Origin: Salpingoeca rosetta
Taxonomy: Eukaryota; Protista; Choanoflagellata
Length of the DNA: 64,000 nt
Assembly: GCA_033442325.1 (NCBI GenBank)
Contig: JAWQFM010000033.1
Span: 413,029 to 477,028 of the forward strand
Direction: 5' to 3'
Both the position numbers and the translations under genes were made by a program. The notes beneath the pieces were generated by a model. That model was given only the letters and a program-made list of their open reading frames with translations, was not told the origin of the DNA and made no database searches. Positions 47,211 to 64,000 of this stretch are shown piece by piece. Each line of letters opens with the position of its first letter. Position 1 is the stretch's first letter.

Positions 47211-48348
47211 TGTGAACGAGCACGATGATGATGAAGGGCGGGCGGTAGTTGGTTGGTTATCGAGGTGGTGGTGATCGCGGTTGGTTGGTATTGATCATGT
47301 TGATTATGGCAACGACGATGGTGCTGAAGGGAATAGCTTGCCCTTGCCGATGACGATGTCGCTCTTGCCTTCACCGTTGTGCTGGCGACGGGTGCGACCA
47401 TCTTTCGATTGTCGTCAAGCGAAAGGAGACACGCATGAGTGCGTGCAAAGCAGTGCACTGCTTGATAAATTAACCTGTGTTCTTGTACATATTTCGAGGG
47501 TATGGTTGACTTGGTCTTTGTCTCTTGTTGTCATCGTTGCTGTCGTTGTAGACCTCATCATCTTCACACTGCCGCTTACTGTACATAGGCAACATAGGCA
47601 GCAGAGCAAAGCTGCCTTGTTTACCACCCACACATATGATTGACTAACGTATGCTTATGCAAGGAAGCAATGAGTGCTTGTGCTTGTTCTTTGACCGGAC
47701 TTGTCGCCGAAAGCATTTTCAATTTCACCCTTTGTCTGCTTTGCTTGCAGTCTTTCTTGCTTCTAGTCGATTTATTTTCTCTTGTGTCTACTTGGAAGTG
47801 GCTTGTGTAAGACGAAGTGAACACGATCTCGCTCAAGCAACGATAATAGTCTTGAAGAACTCTTCTGCGTTGTCTTTGCTCGAGTGACGAGAAAGGTCGG
47901 TAAGCAAACATGCAGAAATACCCACACTCACACACACACACACACACACATACTCACACACACACACATACTCACACTCACTCACACACTCCCATACACA
48001 CTCACACACACACACACTCACTCACACACATACACACTCCTCCCCAAGATCACGTCATCGCACGAGGAAAGCTGTGAATGACACACAGCAAGTTTCAGCG
48101 CACCCCGCCATTGGCTTTGTGTACAAATGCCAACAAACAACGTCACACCCACCCACCTTTTGCTTGACATGATCGCAAGAACCACCACAGCAAGTACACA
48201 GACAGACACAGAAGCTTCCTTCCTTCTCGATGCACTCGCGAAGCAGCGAGCGATCATCATCACCACCAGCACCCGCACCAGCAGTAGCAGCAGCAGCGGC
48301 GACGCTGTCCTTTGTTGTGTTTTGCGCCAAAGGTCGCAGAGAACCACG

Positions 48349-63424
<15,076 letters not shown>

Positions 63425-64000
63425 TGATCATCTACAATGTATGTGTGTGTTGCATGTATGCATGTGTGTGTTTGCGTGTGCATGTGTGGGAGTGTGTGTG
63501 TCACGGGGTGGCCCGTGGAACGGAGTCAACACACACAGCAAGACGTGCTTTTCATGTCGTGTGCTTTTGAGGCATGTTGATGAAGAAGTAAAGGCACACC
63601 GTTGGCACGCGCCAGTCAGATTGAAGGATTGAAAGACAAGCAACACGGCAACGTTCACAATATCCAAACGTCTCCTCTCCTCACAGGCTCACAAGCACAA
63701 AAGCACACACACACACACGCATGTGCACACACACATACACACACACACATGTGCACACACATGCACACATGTGCACACACACACACACACACATGTGCAC
63801 ACACACACACATACACACATGTCATACACATTCCCCACCAACTCGAGTTGTTGGCGGCGCGGCTGGCCTTGGAAAGATTTTCGGTACAACAACACCACGC
63901 CCATTCACAAAGAACCTAAGAACCACGCTCTTTCCAAGAAGCAAGAAAGCGTGGAAATTCACGGTTGTGCCAGCAGCTACAGCAATCAACAGGAATCACG

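Overview
Intron-rich eukaryotic DNA saturated with (CA)/(GT), (CAA)/(CAG) and (TACA) microsatellites, with one 100-N scaffold gap. The style and gene content (HYR-domain receptor tyrosine kinase) suggest a choanoflagellate, Salpingoeca rosetta-like; this is an inference. Contents in order: (1) the last exon of an unidentified gene; (2) a giant minus-strand phospholipase C (PH-EF-X-Y-C2) with an unusual tail (ubiquitin/RA-like domain, talin/kindlin F3-like domain, possible degenerate VPS9); (3) a PHP-family phosphoesterase with an N-terminal hydrophobic leader and C-terminal NEEL; (4) an MLL5/SETD5/Set3-type PHD + inactive-SET protein; (5) two divergent tRNA-Gln(CTG) genes differing only in the acceptor stem, one with G4:U69; (6) a C2-DH-PH RhoGEF; (7) a HYR/PAN receptor tyrosine kinase. 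Best leads: polarised GU-then-CA intron architecture, the G4:U69 tRNA-Gln isodecoder, a ~53-nt repeated element with (CAA)n tails, the PLC domain fusion, and two C2 domains split by 380-680 aa insertions. All gene models were spliced by eye, so internal exon boundaries are partly uncertain.
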